DNA of 64,000 bases from Squalus acanthias (taxonomy: Eukaryota), in NCBI GenBank assembly GCA_030390025.1, contig CM059432.1, positions 149,360,001 to 149,424,000 of the forward strand. Reading direction: 5' to 3'. The notes beneath the pieces are model-generated. The model searched no databases and had not been told where the DNA came from. It was given only the letters and a program-made list of their open reading frames with translations. Position numbers and translations under genes: made by a program. Of the stretch, positions 24,895 to 37,376 are shown piece after piece (position 1 is the stretch's first letter; each line of letters opens with the position of its first letter).

Positions 24895-25711
24895 TAACAA
24901 CAACAACTTGCATTTATCTAGCGCCTTTCACGTCGTAAAACGTCCCAGGGCGCTTCACAGGAGCGATTATCAAACAAAATCTGACATTGAGCCACATCAG
25001 GAGATAGTCGGGCAGATGACCAAAAGCTTGGTCGAAGAGGGAGGTTTTAAGGAGGAAAGAGAGGTGGAGAGGTTTAGGGAGGGAATTGCAGAGCTCAGGG
25101 CCCCAGGCAGCTGAAGGCACGGCCGCCAATGGTGGAGCCATTAAAATCGGGGATGCTCCAGAATTGGCGGAGCACAGAGATCTCGGGGCGGGGCGTGGAG
25201 GGCTGGAGGAGATTAGAGATAGGGAGGGGCGAGGCCATGGAGGGATTTTAAATCAAGGATGAGAATTTTAAAGTCGAGGCGTTGCTTAACCAGGAGCCAA
25301 TATAGGTCAACGAGCACAGGGGGTGATGGGTGAACGGGACTTGGTGCGAGTTAGGACACGGGCAGCCGAGTTTTGGATGACCTCAAGTTTACGTAGGGTG
25401 GAATGTGGGAGGCCAGCCAGGAGTGCGTTGGAATAGTCAAGTCTAGAGGTAACAAAGGCATGGATGAGGGTTTCAGCAGCGGATGAGCTGAGGCAGGGGC
25501 AGAGACGGGCGATGTTACGGAGGTGGAAATAGACGGTCTTGGTGATGGAGCGGATATGTGGTCAGAAGCTCATCTCGGGGTTAAATATAACACCAAGTTT
25601 GTGAACAGTCTGGTTCAGCCTCAGACAGTTGCCAGGGAGAGGGATGGGGTCGGTGGCTAGGGAACGGAGTTTGTGGCGGGGGCCAAAGACAATGGCTTCG
25701 GTCTTCCCAAT
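24895..25711 (-). mobile_element. L2 LINE 3' fragment
   Basis: Reverse complement of about 3315-4140 (gggaagaccgaagccattgtc...gacttgactattccaacgc...tttgaccaagcttttgg) with an (aac)n tail. Confidence 0.9.
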
Positions 25712-26507
25712 AATTTTAATTTTCCTTACTTATCGAGCTCTTTTTCTGTTGGGCTAACAAGATTGGTATAACTCCCTTAGTTTGTTACCTTATCAATAAT
25801 TTCACTCTTGTTTCATATAATTGATATTCCACCAAGTGAAACCTTTAATTATAAATCTGTCTTTGTTTCTCTATCATTGGTAGCAATTAAAAAGGATGAT
25901 GTATGGCCAGATGTTTTCCTTTGCAGAACTAACTGTTTTTCCCACACTGTCATCAAATGATTAAAGTTCTCCAGGAACCAGTATGCAGTGGCACAACTTT
26001 AATTAAATCTCATTACTTCATCCTGAAACTGACCGTTGCTGTAAGGTCAGGCCTGGCCCAACATCCTGGCGGTCACCACTCCAAACTGACTCATTCTTCC
26101 CTGCTTAACAAGCAAAGGCTAAAGGTTAACATTACTACAATATGAAGAGAAATCAATAGTAGTTTAAAATTAGTAGACCTTTGCTTACACTGCCCTTTCC
26201 CCATTCCCTTTTAAGTTTCTTTTTCTTTTTCAAATACTTGTCCACTTGCCTTTATTATGGAAACTGCTTCCACCACTGTTTCTGGTAAGATGTTCCATTT
26301 CCTGACATTAAAAAAACTTTCCCTTCATTCTTTCGATGATGGCATTAAATTTGCAGCCTCTAGTTACTGACACACTGACCAGTGGAAATAGCTTGTCCCA
26401 ATTTTGTCTCATCAAAACATTTCATAATTTTGCACACCTTTACCAGATCTCTCTTTAACCTTCTCTGTTTTGATGAACAGAGCCCCAATGTCGTCTCGTA
26501 ACTAAAG

Positions 26508-26557
<50 letters not shown>

Positions 26558-26678
26558 TCTCTCTCTCACCCCTGGTATTATCTTCGTGAATCTCTTCTGC
26601 ATTTTCTCCAAGGCCTTGACATCTTTCCTGAATGAGGGTGCCCAAAACTGGAGAGTGTATTCTAACTGCAGCCTAAGG

Positions 26679-27118
26679 ATTGAATTGTGAGAACAGATTT
26701 CATAAACTTGGCTTCTATACCCTTGAATGTAGGAGGTTGAGGGGTGAGCTGATTGAGGTGTTTAAAATGCTAAAGGGATTCGGTAGGGTAGGTACAGAGA
26801 AACTATTTCCTCTGGTGGGGGAATTCCAAACAAGGGGACACAATCTTAAATTTAGAGCTAGACTATTTAAGAGTGAAATCAGGAACCATTTTTTTGTACA
26901 AAGGGTAGTGGAAATTTGGAACTGTGTCCCTGAAAAGTCTGCAGATGCTGGGATGATTTAAATTTTTAAGACTATGCTCAATATATTTTTGTTAGGTTAA
27001 GGGTATTGAGTATGGATCAAAGGCAGGTAAATGTAGTTGAGGTAAAGGTCAGCCACGATCTGACTGAATGGCAGAACAGGCTCGAGAGGCTGAATAGCCT
27101 ATTCCTGTTCCTATGTTC
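26679..27118 (+). mobile_element. CR1 LINE 3' fragment
   Basis: RRLRGELIEVFKMLKG..TRGHNLK..QRVVEIWN. Confidence 0.85.
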
Positions 27119-28097
27119 CAAACCCAACGACATGTATAAGTGTAGCATTACCTCCCTGGGCTTGTACTCTGTGCCCCTTTTCATAAGACCTAGGATCCCA
27201 CATGTTTTTATTACAGGTTTGTCATCTTGTCCTCCAACTACTAAAGATTTGTGTACCTGGACCACTAAGGTTCTTTGCTCATTTAACGGTTTACCATCTG
27301 GTGTAGATGTCCTCTCCTTACTCTTCCTCCCAAAATATACCACTTCACGAAATGTGTTCTATAGTAGAGTTTGTAATGGGACCAATTGTCCGTATGTGTG
27401 TGTGTGTGTGTACTCCTGGCGAGGAGCCCCGTCAGTCGGCAGCAACAAATTGGGAATTAATGGGCAATTTTCTCCCTCTCCCGGCTTTCGTCAGTGGATG
27501 ATAAAAAATAGTGGGGAGCGTCTGGACCTTTAGAAAATGGTCCCTTTCTAACATAGAGATCAAAAGTGACAATAACAACACACGAAGGATCTTAAATGAC
27601 ACAAGTTTGTTTCCACTGTTTGGTGAATCTGTAACCAAGGGGTGTAGACTCAGGATTGCCACTGGAGAGGTGAAGAGGGAAGTTGGAAGAAATGTTTCAG
27701 ACAGAGTTGTTGGAACACGAGGGTAGATTGTCACCTGGCCATCTGGACATAAAACTGCTGTTGCACATCAGCCGCCCCTTGTAGAAACCGCCCGATTTTC
27801 ATGAAATCCGACACCAGAAAGATCCCGTGCTTGATCCCAGTTAGCCGAGCTCGGCCCCTGCAGCAATAGACACGTTGCAATCATTATCTGAGGCTGAGGA
27901 TGTGAATCTTTGTTAGAAACGACACCCCCTCTTTCTCTCCCCCCCCACCCCCACCCCAATGGGCGAAAACAAAAGAAAATCACAAAGCATCAGAAATATT
28001 TCCATGGTAATACTAAGCAATGCAGTAAATAATTTCTACAGTTCGCAGGAAGCTGATAAGTGTACTGACTTTATTTTTAATACCCTTTCCTCCCCAG

Positions 28098-28184
28098 GCT
28101 CTTTACATTGTCCTTTGCGAATGGGAATCTACCCCTGGAAACCACTACAGTGCTGCCCAAATCTCGCTTAAGGAACTATTTGCG
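28098..28184 (+). CDS. TRANK1: TRANK1 exon: ALYIVLCEWESTPGNHYSAAQISLKELFA
   Basis: ctttcctccccag| acceptor, GCG|gtatgc donor, 87 nt, phase 0-0, SLKxLF motif. Confidence 0.82.
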
Positions 28185-30361
28185 GTATGCATTTCATGCG
28201 AATTTATCGCTGGGAATGTATTTTATTTTCTAGTTGATCTCGTGTGGCTTTTCTCGTTGGAAGTGAGAGGCCAGTCAAGTGGGCTGCTAAATATTTGTGT
28301 TGATGGCTGGAGAGGAAAAGATGATGGTGAACAGGAAATTGCAAAAAAAAACTCAGCTTAATGCACTTAGTTTATAGAACTCCGCAAAAGCTACAACAGG
28401 TGTATAATCTGCACGGTGTCACCTTTCCCATGCTCTTAGTCTCGCGTGCTCACTCGTTCATTCCCATGCATGCATTTTCCCCCCACACAACTTAAAAAAA
28501 AATTAGACAAACTTTACCTGAATAAAGCTTTCGAAATTTGTCCTTTAGCTTTTCTTCAACTGAACAGAAACTGCTAGAAGCTAAGGAAAAGTATTCCATC
28601 TCTACAGTTAGCTGGTGCTAATGCATCCTGAGAAATGAGGTATACTGCACTTGCTTAGACTGCATGATTCAAAGTGAGCGAACAGTCTTACAGCTCTGGG
28701 CGAAAATCAAGTCCAAACGTAGGCTTTTGGTAGAGGCTGAGGCCTTCAAATAAAATCTTTGATTAAGGCATTAAAGGACATGACACAATTCAATGGATAA
28801 TTTAATCGTTATTACAGAATATGTAATTTTTATTGAGGGAAAAAAATGGCAGATGAAAAATGTTTATATGAAAATTCTTCAGAATGCATTTTGAGCATTA
28901 TGTGGAATTTATTTAGGCAGTTTCCATTATAACCAGGACATTGGTGCAGACAGAAGATTCTTAAGATAATTTTTGAAATGTCGTTTGAATTTTTCATTTT
29001 GTTTAAACCCTTGTTTTGTACTTTAAAAAACCTTAGTTACCGTAGAAAAAAAGGGCAGTGGAAAGATTTTTGAAGCTTTTTGATTGATTTGTTGGGGGGG
29101 AAGGGAGGGGGGGGGTGGGGGGAATACAGCACTGCCTGGTGGCCAGATGATGCGATTACAGGGCGAAGAGTTTAGAGGCCGGTTCCATTATAAATGTGGA
29201 TATCAGAATTTATAATGGAAAATTGACATAAAAACGTGACAACAGGAAGTAAGGTTTAGTAGACAGGGATTTCACACAGATGTAAGATTTTAATAAGTTA
29301 CTAGTTGATCTCCTGTGGCGTTGCACATGTGGAGTCGAGTTCAAATGTAGTCTTCATGTTAACTGGCTTTGGGAGACGGGGGATAATTGGACTAAAGCCT
29401 ACAATTGTAATTCAGTCGCCACTTTGGAAGCAGAGAAGCAGAACTGGTTGGACCATAGGAAGTTACTTTGCATTCAGACGAAGGAGCCTCAAAACTGAGG
29501 TGCCACAGCGCCGCAACTGGCCGGAGAATGCAATTACAGCATGATAATGTTTACATGGGCAGTTTCTTTTAAATGCGGACATAAAAGTTTATAGTGGGAA
29601 GAGTTGACGGGCAGTGCACGCAGATGTAAGACTTTTAATTAGATATGATGGCCTGAAGTTCCTGCTTGATTGCGCAGGGGTTTATTTTGCGCAACTCGGT
29701 CGAAATTGCTGTAACCGCCACAAAAGATCGCAAAATTTTAAACGCAATTTGAGTTCACTGCAACTTGAGTTTCCACAATCTTTTGCGCTAGTTATAAAAA
29801 CATGGCCCGAGAAGCATGCCACGGCCCCATGGTGAATTCATCGCCATTGGGAGTTTCCGCTAATTATGCTCGTTTGCAGGCCTTGAGGGAGGCTTTAAAA
29901 ATTAAGCTGGTTCTTTTGGGTGCAAGAACACTAAAAGGTACATTTTAAAAGCTTGTAAATGTGATTTTTGTTTTTAATTTGCTAAGAATCTGACCAACGT
30001 ACCGCAATATAACTAGAAAATAGTTTTACATATTTTTAAAAAGTGAATTTCAGTACTTTAAAATGGGGTTGCTCAGAGGTGGTGGACTGACACTGATTTT
30101 TTGTGATAAACCTATTTTCAGCTGTTTTAATCAAACGTCGGCAAGTTACGACTCTTAAATATACCAAGGGAAATTTTTGGAAGCAACATTTAAAAAAAAA
30201 CCATTGTTTTAAAACGCTGCCCGATTGCGGTGCTTCGTGGCTGATCGTGCGTTCGGCAAAATGCAAATGAGTTTGAGCGGAAACTCGGGGTTGGGTGGGG
30301 GGGGTGGAATTTTGGGCAGGATTTGCAGCAGAATCGGCAATTGCATCCAAAGCGGAAACTC

Positions 30362-30742
30362 TGCCTGTGTGAGAGTCTGTGTGAGAGTCTGTGTGAGAGT
30401 CTGTGTGAGAGTGTGTGTGTGTGTGGTTTGTGTGTGTGTGTGTGGTTGGGGTGTGTGTGTGTGTGGTGTGTGTGTGTGTGGTTGGTGTGTGTGTGTGTGG
30501 TTGGTGTGTGTGTGTGTGTGTGGTTGGTGTGTGTGTGTGTGGTTGGTGTGTGTGTGTGTGGTTGGTGTGTGTGTGTGTGGTTGGTGTGTGTGTGTGGTTG
30601 GTGTGTGTGTGTGTGTGGTGTTTGGGGTGTGTGGTTGGGGTGTGTGTGTGTGTGTGGTTGGTGTGTGGTGTGTGTGGTGTGTGGTTGGGGTGTGTGTGTG
30701 TGTGTGGTTGGTGTGTGTGTGTGTGAGTCTGTGTGTGTGTGT
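30362..30742. repeat. Interrupted (GT)n microsatellite with ggttg spacers
   Basis: Direct reading of the sequence. Confidence 0.97.
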
Positions 30743-31124
30743 GACATTCTATTTTGTACTGGGAGCTGCCGCTGAGAGTCCATCTCTAACGAGATGTGTT
30801 GTGCGTGACAAGCCCCTCAGACAGCTCTTACTAATCCTTGGTTCACAGTTGTCTCACCACTCGTAATCTGAAGGTTATTTTGTCTAAACCAATTTTGCTT
30901 TGCTATTTCACTGTACTTCTGACCAAGACAACGGTTCTAAGATAGTTCGGATTTTTGTATTTTACAATTTTCTCCTCTCCCCAGTAAATTTACTTTCAGT
31001 TTGGGGGGAAAAAAAAAAAAGGAGTCCTTGGCAAATAATCCTAACAGAAGTTGTTGCTAAATTCTTTCAATCGTTTTTAATCGGAAGTATTTTCACTTTT
31101 GTTCACAATGTGTAAAAATTGTGC

Positions 31125-31467
31125 AGGTGGGGCGATATTTCCCCTGGCTGGGGGGTCTAGAACGAGGGGTCACAGTCTCAGGATACGGGGTCGGACATTT
31201 AGGACTGAGATGAGGAGAAATGTCTTCACTCAGAGGGTGGTGAACCTGTGGAATTCTCTACCACAGAAGGCTGTGGAGGCCAAGTCACTGAATATATTTA
31301 AGAAGGAGATAGATAGATTTCTAGACACAAAAGGCATCAAGGGGTATGGGGAGAGAGCGGGAATATGGTATTGAGATAGAGGATCAGCCATGATCATATT
31401 GAATGGCGGAGCAGGCTCGAAGGGCCGAATGGCCGACTCCTGCTCCTATTTTTCTATGTTTCTATGT
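31125..31467 (+). mobile_element. CR1/HER1 LINE 3' fragment
   Basis: FPLAGGSRTRGHSLRIRG..QRVVNLWNSLP with ctatgtttctatg tail, near-identical to 41580-41970. Confidence 0.9.
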
Positions 31468-31526
31468 TCGTGAGGTTTATGTTTACATGTCTTTTTCCCC
31501 CCCCCCCCCCTCTTTTTTTTGTCCAG

Positions 31527-31668
31527 TATGTCGCTTCTGGGCTTGGACCTTTCCATCAGAAAAAATGGATTACAAAGCTGTTACGTACCTTAGTATCGCA
31601 TGAAGTAAACCTCGAAAGTATTGGACCATTCCCGCTTCATTCTATCCTCAAACTTGCTATAAGGGCCA
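31527..31668 (+). CDS. TRANK1: TRANK1 exon: YVASGLGPFHQKKWITKLLRTLVSHEVNLESIGPFPLHSILKLAIRA
   Basis: ttttgtccag| acceptor, A|gtaagt donor, phase 0 to 1, ankyrin-like PLH. Confidence 0.9.
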
Positions 31669-31719
31669 GTAAGTAATTTTCCTTTCAAAAAATCTCTCGC
31701 ACTGCAGTTTATCGTTGCA

Positions 31720-32335
31720 GGTGTTGGCCTTGGCCCAGTGGTGGTACTCTAGCCTGAGTCAGAAGGTTGTGGGCTCAAGCCCCTCTGTTAGAGACTTGCA
31801 CACATCATCTTGGCTGACACTCTCGTGCGGTACTGAGGGAGTGTGCATGCACTCTCGCAGTTGCTGCCTTTCGGATGAGACATTAAACCCAACCCCCGAT
31901 CCCCTTTATACAAAAGCAAAATGCTGCGGATGCTGGAAATCTGAAATAAAAACAGAAAATGCTGGAAATACTCAGCAGGTCAGGCAGCATCTGTGGAGAG
32001 AGAAACAGAGTTAACGTTTCAGGTCGATGACCCTTCGTATTTCCAGTATTTTCTGTTTTTTATCCCCGATCCACCTTCTCGGGTGAACCTAAAATATCAC
32101 ATGGTATTACTCGCAGAAAAGCAAGGGAATTTTGGTCTGGCCAGCATTTAAGCCTTGACCAACACTGCCAAAAACAGATTATCTGGTCATTTATCTCATT
32201 GCTGTTTGTGGTACCTTGCTGTGCACAAATTAGCTACCACGTTTCAACAGTGACTACACTTCAAAATACTTTTTTGCCTGTGAAGCACTTTGGGACATCC
32301 TGAGGGCATGAAAGGCGCTATGTAAATGCAATTTA
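31720..32335 (+). mobile_element. Deu/SacSINE-like SINE with a nested Penelope-type fragment (about 31909-32063)
   Basis: SINE head ctgagtcagaaggttgtgggctcaag and tail aaggcgctatgtaaatgca. The insert aaaacagaaaatgctggaaatactcagcagg...gtttcaggtcgatgacccttcgt is flanked by a repeated ccccgatcc. Confidence 0.7.
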
Positions 32336-32717
32336 TTTATTCATTTTTCCATTTTTGTTTTTATCTTTCCCTCAGAAAATATGTTGTTAACTCTCCACCT
32401 GAATTTTGGTACCAGGGTTAATAAAGTGAGATTAATTTGGAGATTTACTCTGTCATCCCAAGCCTGGTTGCATGTTTGAGGCTTTTTGAAGAGTTTGCCA
32501 ATTATGATGGGGGTAAATGCTGTTGACCGTGAAACTACAGCATTGTCCTTCAAAGGATCAGTCATGTGATTAGCTAGAGGTCAAATGCAAGTGCGAACTC
32601 TGTCCAGGGGACCTGACCCTGCTCCTCAGGCTACAGATGCAGTGAGCTTTCTCCAAGGATTACTGCAGGCGCGGGCTCTTCTATTTCTAAAAGCGCATTT
32701 GATCTTAAGTTATATCC

Positions 32718-33417
32718 ATTCGCAACCTTGGTGTCCTATTTGACCCTGAGATGAGCTTCCGACCACACATCCGCTCCGTCACCGAGACCGCTTCCTTCCA
32801 TCTCCGTCGCATCGCCCGTCTCCGCCCCTGCCTCAACTCATCTGCTGCTGAAACCCTCACCCTTGCTTTTGTTACCTCGAGGCTTGACTATTCCAACGCT
32901 CTCCTGGCCGATCACCCATCTTCCACTCTCCGTAAACTTGAACTCATCCAAACCTCTGCTGCCAGTATCCTGACTCGCACCAAGTCCCGTTCACCCCTCA
33001 CCCCTGTGTGTGATGACCTACATTGGTCCGGCAACGCCTCGATTTTAAAATTCTCATCCTAGTTTTCAAACCCCTCCACGGCCACGCTCCTCCCTGTCTC
33101 TGCAACCTTCTCCAGCCCTACAAACCTCCAAGATCTATGCGCTCCTCCAATTCTGCCCTTTGCGCATCCCTGATTTTAATCGCTCCACCATTGGCGGCCG
33201 TGCCTTCGGCTGTCTGGGCCCTAAGCTCTGGAATTCACTCCCTAAACACCTCTACCTCCCTCTTCTCCTGTAACACGCTCCTTAAAGCCTACCTCTTTGA
33301 CCAAGCTTTTGGTCACCAGTCGTAAGATCCCTTTATGTGGCTCGGTGTTTGCTAACACTGCTGTGAAGCCCCTTGGGGTGTTTTACTACGTTAAAGGCGC
33401 TATATAAATGTAAGTTG
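32718..33417 (+). mobile_element. L2 LINE 3' fragment
   Basis: HLRRIARLRPCL..AFVTSRLDYSNALL..QRLDFKILILVFK, plus the L2 tail. Confidence 0.9.
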
Positions 33418-33423
33418 ATATAT

Positions 33424-33988
33424 ATTGTGTGTGCGTAAGTGAAGGGGAAAGGTAAAGAATAAAGTTAGTGTAGAGTAGTGTTGTGTGACGGGGGCTTGGT
33501 TCTATACAGACAATAGTCAAGGAGAGCAGGGAGCAACATTACCAGACATATCACGGGACGAACCACAGGCAAACGCTGCAAAAACTCAATGTTCTGGTCA
33601 ACAGACGTGGCGAAGGAGCTGATGTTGCAAGTTAAGGTATCTGTGCAGACGGGGAACCGCGATAGGAACCACATGACTCGGGCAGCTGATGATGAGTCGG
33701 GCCACAATGGACATGGAGTTAACAATTCTCAAAATTAGGGCCAGGGTGCGCTGACAGCCACCTGGTGTTAACAGGAACTGGGACAAACAATGTTGTAACA
33801 TAGAATGTCCTAGAAAAGAGGCGGGAACAATATATAACCCGCCATTTGGATGTATAAATATCTGATAACCGCTGTAACAATTGGGAGAAGCTTGGCAAGA
33901 CAGAGCAGGCTGTCTCCCCACGCGTGCGAATAAAGACTGCTTGAACTCTCTATCAGACGTGTTGAGTATTTAAAATTACTCCACAACA
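33424..33988 (+). mobile_element. Probable solo LTR (about 0.55 kb)
   Basis: Ends in CACAACA, with T(A/G)TTGTG at 33424 or 33479 on the left, TATAAAT at about 33853 and AATAAA at about 33929. It sits in a TA-rich site and the TSD is not clean. Confidence 0.5.
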
Positions 33989-34009
33989 TGTGTATATATA
34001 TATATATAT

Positions 34010-34290
34010 CTCTAAGGATAAGGGGTAAGCCATTTAGGACAGAAATGAGGAAGAATTTCTTCACCCAGAGAGTGGTGAACCTGTGGAATTCTCTACCACA
34101 GAAGGTAGTTGAGGCCAAGTCATTAAATATATTGAAGAATGAGTTAGATATATTTCTTAAAGCTAAAGGGATCAAGGGATATGGGGAGAAAGCAGGGACA
34201 GGGAACTGAGTTTGGATGATCAGCCATGATCTCATTAAATGGCGGAGCAGGCTCGAGGGGCCGAATGGCCTACTCCTATCTTCTATGTAT
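34010..34290 (+). mobile_element. CR1/HER1 LINE 3' fragment
   Basis: LRIRGKPFRTEMRKNFFTQRVVNLWNSLP. Confidence 0.88.
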
Positions 34291-34632
34291 GTATATATAT
34301 ATATAGTGCCCAAGCTCCACCGCATGCACTGCCAATGAGAGAGAATGAACTTACACTTATTTAGTGCTTTTCATGTCCTCAGGTCTTCAACAGTACTTCT
34401 TTGACTAGCAATGAAGTGTAGTTACAAGTTTGCTCATTTCTCTTCTGTTTGTGCCATTTGTTGTGTGTGAATTTTACTAATAAGGTTCGTATTGGTCGTA
34501 GTTTGTTAATAACAAACATTTTGTCGAAGGATGTAGTAACTCAGCAGTACTGCACGCAGGTAGTAGAGTGGGTAGAGAGATGTCATTGGGTGTCCTGTTA
34601 CTGTGTTTATTAATCTATTCTTTACATTTTAG

Positions 34633-34773
34633 ACGACAGAAAACTTCTCAAGTGGATTCTTGCAGAAAAGCCGTATCTACAGGACGCAATAAACCAGCAG
34701 GATGAAGATGGCCATTCCCTGTTAAATGCGGTGGCTTCCTGCCACACAGCGGTGGGTGGATATGATCGGAGTT
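34633..34773 (+). CDS. TRANK1: TRANK1 exon, ankyrin: DRKLLKWILAEKPYLQDAINQQDEDGHSLLNAVASCHTAVGGYDRS
   Basis: ttttag| acceptor, T|gtaagt donor, phase 1-1, INxxDxDG ankyrin linker. Confidence 0.9.
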
Positions 34774-35498
34774 GTAAGTAACAGCTGGTATTGCAGTATC
34801 CAAACATTCCATTCTTCCAAATCTTCTCGCAATTATTTTTTGATAATTAATAACATCGGTGTGACTGCTGTGCTCGGGCGTATATGGTGAGTGCCACCTT
34901 TAAAATTTGGTGACATCCCCCCACTGGGCCAAGAATGCTGACTTGTGCTGACTGCAGCTCAGTAATGTTGACTGAGCCGCTCTTTTACACTGGTATTTCC
35001 AGGAGATGTAGCCAAGGAGATTAAATTTAATAGCAAAATACTGCGGATGCTGGAAATCTGAAATAACAACAGAAAATGCCGGAAATACTCAGCAGGCCAG
35101 GCAGCATCTGTAGAGAGAGAAACAGAGTTAACGTTTCAGGTCGATGACCCTTCGTCACAAATTTAACATCCCGAATGACTTTTTTCCCCCCTTCCTTTTC
35201 CTTCTACAAATTAACTAAAAAATGTGGATCACTTTTAAATTGTAGAAATATCCTTTTTGAAAGTAGCTAAAGATATAAAAATGAGTGAGCTGAATTGGGG
35301 GCAGGGGGGGAGAAAAAACCAACTGAGAACAGTCTCTGTGATGGAGCATGTGCATATAGGGGCATTGGGAGAGTTCAAATATCCACAGATTTTAATGGAA
35401 GGACAGCATCTGGGTCAGTGACTGAGATTAAGACCAATTCTGTATTTTTTCCTTTCCAAATTTTCTGTCCTTCACTGAAGCTGCTAACTCTCGTTAGG

Positions 35499-36385
35499 GT
35501 ACCGTTTCACAGGCACCTTCTGTGCTAATTCTTGCGGTACGGTTTCACAGGCACTTTCTCTGCTAATTCTTGCGGTGCGGTTTCACAGGCACTTTCTCTG
35601 CTAATTCTTGCGGTACGGTTTCACAGGCACTTTCTCTGCTAATTCTTGCAGTACGGTTTCACAGGCACCTTCTCTGCTAATTCTTGCGGTACGGTTTCAC
35701 AGGCACCTTCTGTGCTAATTCTTGCGGTACGGTTTCACAGGCACCTTCTGTGCTAATTCTTGCGGTACGGTTTCACAGGCACTTTCTCTGCTAATTCTTG
35801 CGGTGCGGTTTCACAGGCATTTTCTCTGCTAATTCTTGCGGTGCGGTTTCACAGGCACTTTCTCTGCTAATTCTTGCGATACGGTTTCACAGGCACCTTC
35901 TGTGCTAATTCTTGCGGTACGGTTTCACAGGCGCCTTCTGTGCTAATTCTTGCGGTACGGTTTCACAGGCACTTTCTCTGCTAATTCTTGCGGTACGGTT
36001 TCACAGGCACTTTCTCTGCTAATTCTTGCGGTACGGTTTCACAGGCACCTTCTGTGCTAATTCTTGCGGTACGGTTTCACAGGCACCTTCTGTGCTAATT
36101 CTTGCGGTACGGTTTCACAGGCACCTTCTGTGCTAATTCTTGCGGTACGGTTTCACAGGCACCTTCTGTGCTAATTCTTGCGGTACGGTTTCACAGGCAC
36201 CTTCTGTGCTAATTCTTGAGGTACCGTTTCACAGGCACCTTCTGTGCTAATTCTTGCGGTGCGGTTTCACAGGCACTTTGTGCTAATTCTTGCGGTACGG
36301 TTTCACAGGCGCCTCCTGTGCTAATTCTTGAGGTACGGTTTCACAGGCACTTTCTGTGCTAATTCTTGCGGTGCGGTTTCACAGG
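35499..36385. repeat. 38-bp minisatellite (cggtttcacaggcacyttctstgctaattcttgcggta), about 23 copies
   Basis: Period 38 (ggtttcacag at 35541, 35579 and onward), head-to-tail with no spacers. Confidence 0.97.
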
Positions 36386-36534
36386 TGCCAGCTTCAGATG
36401 ACATTATGAGCTAGCCGCACATTGTGCATCCGGGGTGGCGTGTCGATCAGACTGGGTAGGGTGGTAGACTCCCTTCCCTGAACAGTTTGGTTTTTACGAC
36501 AATCTGGCAAGGCCACATTTTGTCCCTAGTTACA

Positions 36535-36845
36535 AGAACATAAGAAACAGGAGCAGGAATAGGCCACCTGGCCCCTCGCGCCTGCTCCGCCATTCAATAA
36601 GATCATGGCTGATCTTGGGCTCAAAGCCACTTCCCAGCCCGCTCCCCATAACCCTTCACTCCCTTATCTTGCAAAAATCTGTCTATCTCCACCTTAAATG
36701 TATTTAATGACCCAGCCTCCACGGCTCTCTGGGGCAGAGAATTCCACAGATTTACGACCCTTAGAGAGAAGAAGTTCCTCCTCATCTCAGTTCTAAAAGG
36801 GCGACCCTTTATTCTGAAACTATGCCCCCGAGTTCTAGATTTCCC
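36535..36845 (-). mobile_element. CR1/HER1 LINE 3' fragment
   Basis: Reverse-complement tail aagaacataagaaacaggagcagga...agaagttcctcctcatctcag. Confidence 0.85.
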
Positions 36846-37009
36846 CGTTAAACTTTAAATACACTCTGCATTACAAAACAGACTGAAGTCCACGAGTGAT
36901 GCCCAGGGGCAGGAAGCAGTTTTACAGTTTTACTGCATCAACTTCGTTTACAGCTTACAACAAAAAGTTAGATTCTCCTCCCTATCTCACTGAAATCAAT
37001 TACCACAAA

Positions 37010-37376
37010 AATTTAATTAAAAAAAAAATTAAAGTTTTTTACGGGGCTAAAAATAAACTTTTTTTTTAAAAGGTATTTTTAAATGACAAATCAGTGAAAT
37101 TTTTTAAAAAACTTTTTTTCAACTCTTATCCTGGTAAAAGCAGGCATAAGAATTGTAAGGGTTTTCTGCGGGCGGAGGGTCTCCAAAAAGCGGAACTATC
37201 CGCCCGCAGAGGCCCTTCTCCAGGGCAGCCGGGGGATCTGTCAAGAGGATTCTTGACAGATCGGAAATGCTGGTTTTCAGCGCATGCGCAGTGCATGCCT
37301 GAAACCGGCATTTCCGATGTCCCTACGGGTGGGTACACAGCGCGTACACACCCATAGGGATCGGAATATCTGGGCC
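37010..37376. mobile_element. Right-end partial copy of the TIR element at 43065-43744
   Basis: Shares its body with 43430-43744 and ends GATCGGAATATCTGGGCC. Confidence 0.75.

Noticed and set aside
30190..30866. His/Thr- and Cys/Val-rich ORFs
   Set aside because: They are (GT)n microsatellite translations.
35499..36385. CRISPR-like array (38-bp periodicity)
   Set aside because: Units are head-to-tail with no unique spacers, there are no cas genes, and the context is a vertebrate intron. It is a minisatellite.
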